Positions 10,204 through 20,493 of a DNA stretch of 64,000 bases are shown here, one piece after another; position 1 is the stretch's first letter, and the number at the start of each line of letters is the position of its first letter. Location: positions 1,816 to 65,815 of the forward strand of contig CASGEB010000002.1 of the NCBI GenBank assembly GCA_949300375.1, written 5' to 3'. The notes beneath the pieces were generated by a model. It ran no database searches. It saw only the letters and a program-made list of their open reading frames with translations, and was not told where the DNA came from. Source of the stretch: an uncultured Pseudomonadota bacterium (GTDB lineage Bacteria > Pseudomonadota > Alphaproteobacteria > RF32 > CAG-239). The position numbers and the translations under genes were made by a program.

Positions 10204-11017
10204 AGATTCCATAATCGTCCTGCCGTGGAAAGAATGTCTGAGCCGCAGTTTTACATATGTCCTGCTCAATCTGAAAATCATATTTATGATAATTGCTTTA
10301 GGCGTTTTGCTGACGGGATATGAGGCGCTGTTTGGCACGCCTCTGTTTTGTTCTTTGACCATGGCGGAAAATTGTACGACGACGCAGGGTGCCTATATCG
10401 GTGTCGTAGCTTTGACAACGCTTTTTTCGGTTTATGTGATGACTTCCTTTTCCCGTTTTATAATTTTGAAAGACGAACCGCGCCCGTTTTCTTTTCGTTT
10501 TGGCAGCCGTGAATTGCGGGTATTGGGATATCAGTTGCTGATAGACGTTGTTCCGGGAATAATTTTTGGACAGGTTATCGGCATATTGACGGCATATGTC
10601 AATATTTATCAGGATATAATGCTCAAACATTTGCTTTTGATTGTTCTGATTGCAATTCTGGCGGCAATGATAATTCTTTCGCGCTTTAGTTTGGTTTTGA
10701 GCGGAGCCGCCGTAGAAAACCGGAATATGACTTTGAAAAAATCTTTTGAGGTTACCCGCGGAAATTCCAATAAAATCTTCTGGGGAGGCATTGTTATGAC
10801 TCTTCCGATAATCTTTCTGATGACCGCGCTGGGATTGGCAGGAAACATTGCCGGAGAAAGTCTGGCATTGCGTCTGGTCTTTTCGGCCGTCTTTCTGTTG
10901 CTGATTTTTTTGAACGTTGCCGTTAAAATGTCTTTTAACGCTCATTTATATCAGTATTTTGTTTACTTTGACAACAAGCGGACGGAAGATGCCGAGGCTC
11001 GGGCTTTGGAGGAATAA
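10196..11017 (+). CDS. Polytopic membrane protein, function unknown (second tandem paralog)
   Basis: Similar topology and a shared loop motif with the upstream ORF. Overlaps the stop of the previous gene by 8 bp. Confidence 0.5.
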   Translation: MNKDSIIVLPWKECLSRSFTYVLLNLKIIFMIIALGVLLTGYEALFGTPLFCSLTMAENCTTTQGAYIGVVALTTLFSVYVMTSFSRFIILKDEPRPFSFRFGSRELRVLGYQLLIDVVPGIIFGQVIGILTAYVNIYQDIMLKHLLLIVLIAILAAMIILSRFSLVLSGAAVENRNMTLKKSFEVTRGNSNKIFWGGIVMTLPIIFLMTALGLAGNIAGESLALRLVFSAVFLLLIFLNVAVKMSFNAHLYQYFVYFDNKRTEDAEARALEE

Positions 11018-11196
11018 TCCGCAGCCTTTTAATCTCCCCGGAACAGTTCGCAACATCCGGGGATTTTTTTATTTCGATAATATTTCGAAGATAAACGGAC
11101 GGCGGATGTCATCAGGCATTTGAGGATTAAAGCCGGAAATTGCGGGCAATAAAAAGGGAGGAATAAATCCTCCCTTTTTAGCGTCCTGCGAACGGA

Positions 11197-13824
11197 TTAC
11201 GCTTTGCCGTAATAAGCGTTCAGATACATTTGCTTGATTTCCGAAATCAACGGATAAGCCGGATTGGCGCCGGTGCATTGGTCATCAAACGCCAGTTCTG
11301 ACAGTTCATCCAGATTGTCAAGAAAAGTCTTCTCATCAACGCCCCATTCTTTAATGGAAGCAGGAATGCTGATGCTCTTCTTCAGTTTTTCAACGGCCTT
11401 AATCAGGTTGGCAACTTTCTCGTCGTCGTTCTTGCCTCCCAAATTCAGGAACTCGGCCACTTTGGCATATCTTCTCTTGCCTTCCGGATAGTGATACTGT
11501 GAGAAAGTTCCTTGTTTGGTCGGCTTGTCATTGGCATTGAATTTAATGACTTCGCTGATCATCAACGCATTGGCAATACCGTGCGGAATGTTATAAGCGC
11601 TGCCGAGTTTGTGAGCCATCGAGTGGCAAACGCCGAGGAACGCCTGAGCAAACGCCATACCGGCCATTGTCGCGGCATAATGCATATTCTCGCGGGCTTT
11701 CGGGTTATTGGCGCCGTCATTGACCGAGAGTTCCAGATTGTCAAAAATCAGACGGATGGCCTCATATGCAATACCATCGGTAAACGGCGTTGCCATAATG
11801 GAGGCCAAAGCTTCCAGAGCATGGGTCAGCGCGTCAATACCGGAAGCGGCAGCCAGGCCGCGCGGCATGGTCAAAACCAAATCCGGGTCGATGATGGACA
11901 TATTCGGCGTCAGGGCATAATCGGCAATCGGATATTTGATGTGGGTATTGGAGTCCGTAATAACGGCAAACGGCGTAACTTCCGAACCGGTACCGGATGT
12001 GGTCGGAATAGCGACCATATAAGCTTTAGACCCCAGATCCGGGAACATGCAGACGCGTTTGCGAATATCCATAAAGCGCATAGCCAGATTCTCAAACTGA
12101 ACTTCCGGATGCTCATACATCAGCCAGACGATTTTAGCAGCATCCATCGGAGAACCTCCGCCGAGCGCAATAATAACGTCCGGTTCAAAGCTGCGGCACA
12201 TAACCAGAGCGCGGTTAACGGTATCGGTATCCGGATCCGGCGCAACTTCGGAGAAAATCTGATATGCAATGCCCATGTCTTCCAGAACGGAAGTAATTTT
12301 GTTGGTATAGCCGAGCTGGAACAAAGGTTTGTCAGTAATAATCAAAGCTTTCTTTTTGCCGCAGAGTTCACGCAGCGCAAAACCGACGGCGCCTTGTTTG
12401 AAGTAAATTTTCGGGGGAACTCTGAACCAGAGCATATTTTCGCGTCTTTCCGCAACATTTTTAATATTCAACAAGTGTTTTACTCCTACGTTTTCGCTGG
12501 CCGCGTTACCGCCCCAGGAACCGCAGCCCAAGGTGAGCGACGGGTCAAGGCGGAAGTTGTACAAATCGCCGATACCGCCTTGTGAAGACGGGGTGTTAAC
12601 AAGCATACGCCCGGTTTCAATAACTTCGCTGAAACGGGCAATACGGTCTTTGTTATGGTCGGCCGTATAGAGTACGGAAGTATGCCCCGGTCCGGCAAAG
12701 TTAACCAGATCGCGTGCCATAAAGACGGCCTGTTCAAAATCTTTGGCTTTGTACATAGCCAGAACAGGCGACAATTTTTCATAAGAAAATTCTTCTTCTT
12801 TGCCGATTTTCTCAACTTCGCCGATAAGGACTTTCGTTTCCTGCGGAACTTTAACGCCGGCCATTTCGGCAATCTTGTAAGCCGGCTGTCCGACGATTTT
12901 CGAGTTTAATTTGCCGTCAATGACAATTGTCTGAGCAACTTTTTCTTTTTCTTTTTTGTTCAGGATATAAGCGCCGCGGTACTGCAGCTCTTCTTTAACG
13001 GCGTCATAAATGTCTTTGTGGACGATAATGGATTGCTCGGAAGCGCAAATCATACCGTTGTCAAAGGTTTTGCTCATCAAAACGGAGCTGACGGCCATTT
13101 TAATATCGGCCGTTTCGTCAATGATGGCCGGAACGTTTCCTGCGCCGACGCCGAGAGCTGGTTTGCCGGATGAATAAGCCGATTTGACCATGCCCGGGCC
13201 GCCGGTCGCCAAAATCAGGTCAATGCCGTCATGGCTCATCAAATGCTGTGTGAGTTCAATTGTCGGATCGGTAATCCACCCGATGATATTGTCGGGCGCG
13301 CCGGCCTTAACGGCGGCTTCCAGCATCAGACGGGCTGTCTCAACCGTGCATTTCTTTGCGCGCGGGTGCGGCGAAAAGATGATGCCGTTGCGGGTCTTGA
13401 GGGCGATCATGCTTTTGAAAATGGCGGTAGACGTTGGATTGGTCGTCGGAATAACGCCGGCAATGACGCCCAGCGGCTCGGCTATTTTGGTAATGCCGTT
13501 GGTCGCATCATGCTCAATAACGCCGCAGGTTTTTGTATGACGATATTTGTTATAAACCTCTTCGGCGGCAAAATGGTTTTTAATCACCTTGTCTTCCACA
13601 ATACCCATGCCGGTTTCTTCCACGGCCATCTTTGCCAGAGGAATACGGTGGCTGTTGGCTGCAATCGCCATGGCCTCGACAATCTTGTCCACCTGTTCCT
13701 GGCTGAACGTCGCCATAATTTTCTGAGCTTCGCTGACTCTGGCAATCAAAGCATTCAAATCGTCAATGCTTTGGGCGCCGTTGTCAAACGTTCTTTCAGT
13801 ATTCGCAACAACTTCTTTTTTCAT
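11197..13824 (-). CDS. adhE: Bifunctional acetaldehyde-CoA / alcohol dehydrogenase AdhE
   Basis: 875 aa. N-terminal ALDH domain and C-terminal Fe-ADH domain (GGGSPMDAAK, HxxxH metal site). Confidence 0.94.
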   Translation of the reverse strand: MKKEVVANTERTFDNGAQSIDDLNALIARVSEAQKIMATFSQEQVDKIVEAMAIAANSHRIPLAKMAVEETGMGIVEDKVIKNHFAAEEVYNKYRHTKTCGVIEHDATNGITKIAEPLGVIAGVIPTTNPTSTAIFKSMIALKTRNGIIFSPHPRAKKCTVETARLMLEAAVKAGAPDNIIGWITDPTIELTQHLMSHDGIDLILATGGPGMVKSAYSSGKPALGVGAGNVPAIIDETADIKMAVSSVLMSKTFDNGMICASEQSIIVHKDIYDAVKEELQYRGAYILNKKEKEKVAQTIVIDGKLNSKIVGQPAYKIAEMAGVKVPQETKVLIGEVEKIGKEEEFSYEKLSPVLAMYKAKDFEQAVFMARDLVNFAGPGHTSVLYTADHNKDRIARFSEVIETGRMLVNTPSSQGGIGDLYNFRLDPSLTLGCGSWGGNAASENVGVKHLLNIKNVAERRENMLWFRVPPKIYFKQGAVGFALRELCGKKKALIITDKPLFQLGYTNKITSVLEDMGIAYQIFSEVAPDPDTDTVNRALVMCRSFEPDVIIALGGGSPMDAAKIVWLMYEHPEVQFENLAMRFMDIRKRVCMFPDLGSKAYMVAIPTTSGTGSEVTPFAVITDSNTHIKYPIADYALTPNMSIIDPDLVLTMPRGLAAASGIDALTHALEALASIMATPFTDGIAYEAIRLIFDNLELSVNDGANNPKARENMHYAATMAGMAFAQAFLGVCHSMAHKLGSAYNIPHGIANALMISEVIKFNANDKPTKQGTFSQYHYPEGKRRYAKVAEFLNLGGKNDDEKVANLIKAVEKLKKSISIPASIKEWGVDEKTFLDNLDELSELAFDDQCTGANPAYPLISEIKQMYLNAYYGKA

Positions 13825-13937
13825 GTTGCCACTACCCCTTTCGTTACTGTTAAAAACACAATTCTCTGCTATTATATAACAGAAATCTCCAAAGATTAGT
13901 TAATTTTTTTATACCTGCGGATTTATCCCGATACATT

Positions 13938-15350
13938 TTATTTCAAATTCTTACAAACCTCTTCATGGTCGCTGAAATGAAAAATCTGTCCGTTGATATA
14001 CTGCCCGGTCTCATGCCCTTTGCCGGCAATAATCAGAATATCGTCTTTTTGCAGCGCAGCCATGGCGGTTTTGATTGCCTCGGCCCGATTCCCGATATTA
14101 ATGCCGCGCGGACAGGCTGCCATAATCTGCGAACGGATTTTTTCGGCGTTTTCGGTTCTCGGATTGTCATCCGTCACATATACCACATCGGCCAGGTCAT
14201 TGGCGATTTTGCCCATAATCGGGCGTTTGCCGGCGTCTCTGTCTCCGCCGCAGCCGAACAAAACGTGCAGCTTGCCGCGGCAATGGGAACGCATGGCGCG
14301 GATAACGTTTTCCAAGGCGTCGGGCGTATGGGCATAGTCAATGTATATGGCCGCGCCGCCGGCTGTTTTTCCGGCCAGGTCAAGCCTTCCTTTGGCACCG
14401 TGAATCTGTCCGATATGCTCTAAAACTTCTCCGGGCTTTCCGGTCAGTTCAGAAGCCATGCCCAAGGCGCATAAAACGTTCATCGCCTGAAACTCTCCGG
14501 CCAGGGGAACAAATATCTCTTTCTCTTCTCCGTAAAAAACAAGCTTTAATTTTTGCCCGTCAACAGTCGGAACAGCTTGCAAAAGCTTTAATTCTTTGCC
14601 TTTGTGTCCATAAGTTACGATGCGTTTTCCGCTTTTTTCGCAAACCTTGCGCAAATGCTCAAAAACGTCAATATCGGCGTTCAAAACGGCTGTCCCGCCG
14701 GGAACAAGCACTTCCCGGAACAAAATTTCTTTGGCGGCCAGATAGTTTTCAAAAGTCTTGTGATAATCAAGATGGTCGCGGGTCAGGTTGGTGAAACCGG
14801 CCACTTTCACGTTATGAACGCCGCCTGTGCGGTATTGGCATAAGCCGTGGCTCGACATTTCCATAACCGCATAGTCATAGCCTTCTTTTTTCAAGCCGGC
14901 AAGTTCTTCGGCAATCACGGCGGCGTTCGGCGTCGTGTTGGGGGAAGGAATAGGCGCTTCGCATCCTTTAATCAGCCCGAGCGTTCCCATACTTGCCGCT
15001 TTAAGATTCATCATGGTCAGAAGCTGACGGACAAAATCGGCAATAGATGTCTTGCCGTTGGTACCGGTAACCGCCGCAATATTTTTCGGCTGCGGGCCGT
15101 AAAATTCGGCGGCTGTTTCGGCAAAAGCTTTGTTCGGATTCTCTTTTGCAATAAATTTAACGTTCGGATAAGTTTTCTCGTCAACATATTCCGGTCTGCA
15201 GATAATAACCGCCGCGCCGTTTTGCACGGCCGACGGAATATATGCCGATGCCGGGGCTTTCTCGCTGTCTTGCGCCCCGAAGAGATATCCCGGCTTAATC
15301 AGGCGGGAGTCCGTCGACAAACCTTTAATTTCGATTCCGGCAATTTTCAT
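13938..15350 (-). CDS. murE: UDP-N-acetylmuramoyl-L-alanyl-D-glutamate--2,6-diaminopimelate ligase (Mur ligase, MurE-type)
   Basis: Internal start MKIAGIEIKGLSTDSR. P-loop VTGTNGKTS. C-terminal DNPR motif (DDNPRTE), typical of MurE enzymes that add diaminopimelate. Not located in a dcw cluster. Confidence 0.75.
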   Translation of the reverse strand: MKIAGIEIKGLSTDSRLIKPGYLFGAQDSEKAPASAYIPSAVQNGAAVIICRPEYVDEKTYPNVKFIAKENPNKAFAETAAEFYGPQPKNIAAVTGTNGKTSIADFVRQLLTMMNLKAASMGTLGLIKGCEAPIPSPNTTPNAAVIAEELAGLKKEGYDYAVMEMSSHGLCQYRTGGVHNVKVAGFTNLTRDHLDYHKTFENYLAAKEILFREVLVPGGTAVLNADIDVFEHLRKVCEKSGKRIVTYGHKGKELKLLQAVPTVDGQKLKLVFYGEEKEIFVPLAGEFQAMNVLCALGMASELTGKPGEVLEHIGQIHGAKGRLDLAGKTAGGAAIYIDYAHTPDALENVIRAMRSHCRGKLHVLFGCGGDRDAGKRPIMGKIANDLADVVYVTDDNPRTENAEKIRSQIMAACPRGINIGNRAEAIKTAMAALQKDDILIIAGKGHETGQYINGQIFHFSDHEEVCKNLK

Positions 15351-15478
15351 GATTTTCTTGTCCCTTACTTCGATTCTTTTATCAAGAGTCTGAAATAAAA
15401 AAATGAAAGAAGCGTTTAAAATTTTCAAGCTTGCGAAATTATTTTTGCGTTTTATAATCAACAGAAAACGGAGGGAAA

Positions 15479-15922
15479 ATGAAAGAACAGTACAGCCCGG
15501 AAGAATTAAAAGAAATGGAAATCACATACGAGGCTTTAAACAAGTCCCGCATTCAGGAACTGATAAACTATGCCAAAGGGATGGGATACCGGCGGATTGG
15601 CATTGCCAACTGTATTTGTATGCAAAAATATATTCCGAAACTGATAAACCTGCTGTCTGCCAGCGGATTGGAGGTCTTTCACGTCAATTGCCGGGAAGGC
15701 GGGCTGGATTTGTGCGACTTTACCAAAGACCATAAAGGCTCAAGCTGCGACCCGGCGTTTCAGGCCGATTATCTTAACTCGATGAATACCGATTTAAATG
15801 TCAATGTCGGGCTTTGCCTCGGACACGGTCTGATTTTTCAAAAACATTCCAAAGCTCCCGTTACCACGCTGATTGTCAAGGATTTTGCCACCGGACATAG
15901 CCCATTGGCTAACCTTGAATAA
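15479..15922 (+). CDS. Cys-rich small protein, possibly a DUF1847-like metal-binding protein
   Basis: 147 aa. Contains ANCICMQ, CREGG and LCLGHG Cys/His clusters. The DUF1847 assignment is from memory only. Confidence 0.4.
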   Translation: MKEQYSPEELKEMEITYEALNKSRIQELINYAKGMGYRRIGIANCICMQKYIPKLINLLSASGLEVFHVNCREGGLDLCDFTKDHKGSSCDPAFQADYLNSMNTDLNVNVGLCLGHGLIFQKHSKAPVTTLIVKDFATGHSPLANLE

Positions 15923-15973
15923 CTTTTTTCCCTGCTTACTTATGAGAAAAAGTAATTTTGCAGGGAGAAGAAA

Positions 15974-16342
15974 ATGGATAAGAAAAAGACTGGAATATAT
16001 GTTGCCGGCGGCATTTTGCTGTTTCTGGCAGGAGTCGGTTTTTCACAAATGTTTATGTTTGCCGCTTCGGGGCGGGTTGACCCGCAGCAGATTGTCGTCG
16101 CTTTCAAAAATCCGGTTTGCACGGCGCCGACTGTCATCAACTGTCCGCATATCCGAAAACTTCCGGAAATGCGCCCGAACAGGGTACAGCCGGAAAGAGA
16201 AATGTCGCCGCTCCCGAAATGTGATTGTCCGCGCCGTCCTTGTATGGAAAGAAAATGCGGCGCCGGATTTCGAGCTTCGGTCTGGCCGGAACCGGACAAA
16301 GAAGAGCCGCTTCATCTGAAACCCCGCCGCCGCGCGGCCTGA
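15974..16342 (+). CDS. Small membrane-anchored Cys/Pro/Arg-rich protein, function unknown
   Basis: GGGAGA ribosome-binding site. N-terminal TM segment. Preferred over the overlapping ORF at 15873-16319. Confidence 0.35.
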   Translation: MDKKKTGIYVAGGILLFLAGVGFSQMFMFAASGRVDPQQIVVAFKNPVCTAPTVINCPHIRKLPEMRPNRVQPEREMSPLPKCDCPRRPCMERKCGAGFRASVWPEPDKEEPLHLKPRRRAA

Positions 16343-16439
16343 TTTTTAACAACAAAAGAAAACACAACGCGGCTCAGGCATTTATAAGACACAGTTAAAA
16401 CTTTACTTCTGAAATTCAATATGCTATCAAGCGGTTATT

Positions 16440-18278
16440 ATGATAGACATTAACGACATAACCGTCAGGATAGGAACAAAAACGCTGCTGGAGAACGCAT
16501 CGGCGCATATTGCCGACGGCTGGAAAGTCGGATTGGTCGGAGCCAACGGCTGTGGAAAATCAACGCTTTTCCGCGTGTTGAAAGGAGAACTGGAAACCGA
16601 ACACGGCGATATATCTTTTCCATCCGGCAGCCGGGTTGTGTTTGTTGAGCAGGAACTGTCCGGACTGGATATGCCTCTTCTCGATTTTGTTCTGGCTCAG
16701 GATAAAGAACGCGGTATGCTTTTGGCGCGTTTGGAAAATGCCGGGGCGGAAGAGGCGGCGGAAATCCATGAAAGGTTAAATATACTGGGTGCTTCGGCGG
16801 CCTCGGCCCGTGCTGCGGAAATTTTAAGCGGCCTTGGTTTTAAGCAGGAAGATTTAACACGTCCCGTAAAAGAATTTTCCGGCGGTTGGCGGATGAGGGT
16901 AGCCCTGGCCGCTGCATTATTTCAGCCGTCCGATATCTTACTGCTGGACGAGCCGACCAATCACTTGGACTTGGAGTCCGGTATCTGGCTGGAAAGCCAT
17001 TTGCGCAAATACCGCGGTACCTTGCTGCTTATCAGCCACGACCGGAATATTCTGAATTCGTTGTGCAATTATATTATTCATTTTGATAACAAACATCTGA
17101 TAACCTATGCCGGAAATTATGACGTTTTTCAAACCACCCGCGCCCTGCAGCAGCAAGTGCAGGCTCGGCAGGCAGAAAAAATTGAGCAGCGCCGCCGTCA
17201 TCTGCAGTCTTTTGTAGACCGCTTTCGGTATAAGGCAACTAAGGCCAAACAGGCGCAAAGCCGCATAAAAATGCTGGAAAAACTGGAGAAGGTTGAACTG
17301 GTGGAAGACGCCGCCGCAACGGTTTTTGATTTTCCTGAGCCGGACGAACTGCCGCCGCCGCTTTTGACGATTGAAAACGGAACCGTCGGTTATGACGGTG
17401 TTCCGGTTTTAAAAAGATTGAATTTGCAAATAGTCGATAATGACCGGATTGCTTTGCTCGGCGCCAACGGCAACGGAAAATCAACTTTGGCAAAATTGTT
17501 GTCCGGGCGGCTGCCGCTGATGGAAGGCAGCGAACGCCGGTTGGGAAAATTAAAGGTCGGTTATTTTGCCCAGCATCAGGCGGAGGAATTGCCGATGGAA
17601 CAGACGGCGCTGGAGTTTATGACAACTCTAATGCCGCAGGAACACGAAACCAAAATCCGTTCCCACCTGGCCAGATTCGGATTGGGTCAGGAAAAAGCCC
17701 TGACGCAGATTTCCCGTTTGTCCGGCGGGGAGAAAGCCCGTCTGCTTTTTGCCGCCATGACGGTTGAGCGCCCGGGATTGCTGATTTTGGACGAGCCGAC
17801 CAATCATCTTGATATTGATGGGCGCGAAGCTTTGATAAGGGCGTTAAACGAATATAAAGGTTCGGTTATTTTAATTACGCACGACATTCACCTGATTGAA
17901 CTGATTGCCGACAATTTGTGGCTGGTCAAAAATCATACCTGCAAGCCGTATGACGGGGATTTGGAAGATTATAAAAAATTGTTGTTGGAAGGCGATACGT
18001 TTAAAAAAGCGCCCAAAAACGTTGCCAAACCGGCCGAACCCAAAATTGACGCCCGCCGGTTAAAAAAAGACCTGTCCTCCCGCCTGCGCAGCATTGAACG
18101 TGAGCTTGAAAAGCTAAACAGGCAAAAAACCGAAATTGAAAACTCTTTTCAGAACCCGATGTCAACCGATGAATTGATAACCCGGCAGAAAGAGCTGTCC
18201 CGGCTGGAAAATCAGATTGCCGGATTTGAAAGCGAGTGGCTGGAAACAAGCGAGAAATTGGAAGAAATGGAAAAATAA
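16440..18278 (+). CDS. ABC-F family ATPase (two ABC domains plus a C-terminal coiled coil), Uup/YheS-like
   Basis: Two Walker A motifs (GANGCGKST, GANGNGKST), two signature motifs (LSGGWRMR, LSGGEKAR), no TM domain. Confidence 0.88.
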   Translation: MIDINDITVRIGTKTLLENASAHIADGWKVGLVGANGCGKSTLFRVLKGELETEHGDISFPSGSRVVFVEQELSGLDMPLLDFVLAQDKERGMLLARLENAGAEEAAEIHERLNILGASAASARAAEILSGLGFKQEDLTRPVKEFSGGWRMRVALAAALFQPSDILLLDEPTNHLDLESGIWLESHLRKYRGTLLLISHDRNILNSLCNYIIHFDNKHLITYAGNYDVFQTTRALQQQVQARQAEKIEQRRRHLQSFVDRFRYKATKAKQAQSRIKMLEKLEKVELVEDAAATVFDFPEPDELPPPLLTIENGTVGYDGVPVLKRLNLQIVDNDRIALLGANGNGKSTLAKLLSGRLPLMEGSERRLGKLKVGYFAQHQAEELPMEQTALEFMTTLMPQEHETKIRSHLARFGLGQEKALTQISRLSGGEKARLLFAAMTVERPGLLILDEPTNHLDIDGREALIRALNEYKGSVILITHDIHLIELIADNLWLVKNHTCKPYDGDLEDYKKLLLEGDTFKKAPKNVAKPAEPKIDARRLKKDLSSRLRSIERELEKLNRQKTEIENSFQNPMSTDELITRQKELSRLENQIAGFESEWLETSEKLEEMEK

Positions 18279-18358
18279 GGCCTTAAAAAGGATTCTTGAC
18301 AAAAAAACTTTTTTTTGTATTATAAAAATCCGAAATAAATTATTAAATTTTTACGCAT

Positions 18359-19150
18359 ATGAAAGAGAAATATTATTTTGTTATTGGAGAAAAGAATATT
18401 GTAGTTGCCGAAACAATCAAGGTTTTGGAAAATTGCGGTGCTGCATTCCGGTTGCTTGAAAAACCTTATATTTTTACCCGGGATGAAGAAGAAAAACTGT
18501 TGGCGCAAGGTTTTAAGCCAGTTTACATCGGGGTTTCATACCGTTCGGATACGGCAGAATATAATCGTGTGGAAGATTCTGTCTTGTATAAGGCTTTGCA
18601 ATATGCCCAAAAAGAGTTTTCCGTCAGCGATTGGCAGTATATGGTAATGGAATACTATCTTGGCCGGTTTCATTTGGATTGGTCGTGCAATTTGCGCAAG
18701 CTGATTGCCGCCGGCAACACGAGAAAAGAAATTCTTGAACTGCAGAGAAAAAACCGCGAGGTGCTTGGTTTTGACGAAGAAGCTGAAAAATCTGCGCAGA
18801 ACGCCGTTGACGAGGCCGTTAACAGAGCCGGCAGGAGAAAAGACTTTCTGGTGGTTAAATGGAATTACCAAACCGAAAACGGCGATTTTGAAAACTGGCT
18901 TCCGATATTGGACCGGGTTTTTTGGATTCAGAACTTTGTAAATGTTTTGATAATCACGCCGTATGACGCGGCCTATTACGGTTATGGCAGTATAGCCTTT
19001 CAAATTATCTGTCATTGCAGTTTAACCGGTTGTGCCGCCGGCAATATGGCGCATTTTCTTTATCCGTTGTCCGAAGATGATATCCTGAGGACAGTATGCT
19101 TTTTAAAAGATGAAAGCACAACTCTTCGCAAAGAAGGGCTTTTATGGTAA
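18359..19150 (+). CDS. Hypothetical protein
   Basis: 263-aa ORF followed by a hairpin plus T-run terminator. Confidence 0.4.
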   Translation: MKEKYYFVIGEKNIVVAETIKVLENCGAAFRLLEKPYIFTRDEEEKLLAQGFKPVYIGVSYRSDTAEYNRVEDSVLYKALQYAQKEFSVSDWQYMVMEYYLGRFHLDWSCNLRKLIAAGNTRKEILELQRKNREVLGFDEEAEKSAQNAVDEAVNRAGRRKDFLVVKWNYQTENGDFENWLPILDRVFWIQNFVNVLIITPYDAAYYGYGSIAFQIICHCSLTGCAAGNMAHFLYPLSEDDILRTVCFLKDESTTLRKEGLLW

Positions 19151-19162
19151 AACATTAAAAAA

Positions 19163-19194
19163 GGCTGTATTGAATTACGGCCTTTTTTCTTTTT
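19163..19194 (+). terminator. Rho-independent terminator
   Basis: AGGCTGTA..TACGGCCT stem followed by TTTTTT. Confidence 0.55.
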
Positions 19195-19263
19195 GTCCTG
19201 ATTGACAAGTCTATGCGTTTGTGGCAGGTTGGGAACAATATTTATCTGGAAGGATTCTGAATA

Positions 19264-19815
19264 ATGCAGCCGGACAAAAACTCAAAATTTCTTTTGCTTT
19301 CATGTTGTGCGCCGTGTTCTTGCGCGGTTATCAAAACGCTGGCGGAACAATTTTATGATTTCAGCGTCGTGTTTTACAATCCGAACGTCCGCCCCCGTGA
19401 GGAATATTGCAAACGTTGCGAAGAAAACCGCCGGATATGCGGCCTTTATCAGATTCCCTTTATCGAATTGGAATATGATAACAACCATTGGTGCGAAATG
19501 ACCAAAGGGCTGGAAAACGAGCCGGAACGCGGAGCCAGATGCTCTGTCTGTTTTTATATGCGCTTAAAAAGGGTGATGGAATATGCCAAAGCCAATGGTT
19601 TTGCCGGGGTTGCTTCGGTCTTGGGCGTTTCGCGTTATAAAAATCTCGCTCAGGTTAATGCGGCGGCGGATAAAGCCTCGTCCGAAACCGGCGTGCCTTA
19701 TTTTGATATAGAAGGGCGCAAACACGGTATGCAGGAACTGCGCTGCCGGTTGATAAAAGAACTTGATTTGTATAATCAAAATTATTGCGGCTGCCGCCCG
19801 CGGACGGATGAATAA
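19264..19815 (+). CDS. queH: Epoxyqueuosine reductase QueH (DUF208)
   Basis: LLLSCCAPCS motif and size of about 183 aa. Confidence 0.75.
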   Translation: MQPDKNSKFLLLSCCAPCSCAVIKTLAEQFYDFSVVFYNPNVRPREEYCKRCEENRRICGLYQIPFIELEYDNNHWCEMTKGLENEPERGARCSVCFYMRLKRVMEYAKANGFAGVASVLGVSRYKNLAQVNAAADKASSETGVPYFDIEGRKHGMQELRCRLIKELDLYNQNYCGCRPRTDE

Positions 19816-19850
19816 ACAAAAAAGCCTTGCTCTTTGACGGAGCAGGGCTT

Positions 19851-20378
19851 TCAAACTTTTTGCAAAAAATAATCATACGCCTCGACCAGAAATTTAAATT
19901 TTTCTTCCAGGACGGGATTGCCGGAATTCTTGTCGGGATGATACGCTTTTGCCAGCCGCCGGAAATTCTTTTTCAAATTTTCTTTATTGAGCGCCTGTCG
20001 GGACAATTCCAAAATCTGCAAATATTGCTCTTCTTTATCTGCATCTGTCGGCCTGTAAGATTCTTTGCGTCGTTCGCCGGATGCGTTATCGTCTGACGTC
20101 GGGCCGGAAGCTTTTTCCTGTTTGTAGTCATATCGGCTGTAAGTATCTTCCGTCTGATAAGTTTTTTGCTGTCTCTTTGAAAAATATTGCAAAATCTCAT
20201 GACACAAACCAAACAAAAATGCACCGATGTAAAAGATGCATTTGAACGGAAAACTCACAACCAGCCAGATAATGCGCAAAATTCCCAAAAGTATGAGAAT
20301 GCCGTGCCAGATAATAGCCAGAAGAACATATAATATAATGCAGGCAAGAACAATATAAACAATGACTCCGATATCCAT
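19851..20378 (-). CDS. DjlA-like membrane co-chaperone (N-terminal TM segments, C-terminal J domain)
   Basis: J-domain HPD motif (AKAYHPDKN) at the C-terminus. Two N-terminal hydrophobic helices. Confidence 0.6.
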   Translation of the reverse strand: MDIGVIVYIVLACIILYVLLAIIWHGILILLGILRIIWLVVSFPFKCIFYIGAFLFGLCHEILQYFSKRQQKTYQTEDTYSRYDYKQEKASGPTSDDNASGERRKESYRPTDADKEEQYLQILELSRQALNKENLKKNFRRLAKAYHPDKNSGNPVLEEKFKFLVEAYDYFLQKV

Positions 20379-20493
20379 ATAATAATTGCTTTATAATATG
20401 TTTTACCGGCAAAGATAATCATAGGCCGGAAAATTTGTCAATATCCAAAAAAAAACGGCAATACTCAGTATTACCGTTTTTTTGCTAATATTA

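Noticed and set aside
11512-12585. 357-aa ORF on the plus strand inside adhE, and similar long antisense ORFs (2740-3660 minus inside ispG, 13231-13899 plus, 29772-30566 plus inside rnj, 42996-43658 minus inside the helicase, 59526-60482 minus)
   Set aside because: These are shadow ORFs antisense to well-supported genes with clear conserved motifs. They have no ribosome-binding sites and low-complexity translations.
15873-16319. Alternative 148-aa ORF overlapping the 15974-16342 ORF in another frame
   Set aside because: It lacks a ribosome-binding site. Its translation is Arg/Ser-rich with no hydrophobic core, whereas the 15974 frame has a GGGAGA ribosome-binding site and a TM anchor.
19150-19263. 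preQ1 riboswitch upstream of queH
   Set aside because: The leader contains only a terminator for the upstream gene. There is no match to the preQ1-I/II consensus that I can recognise.
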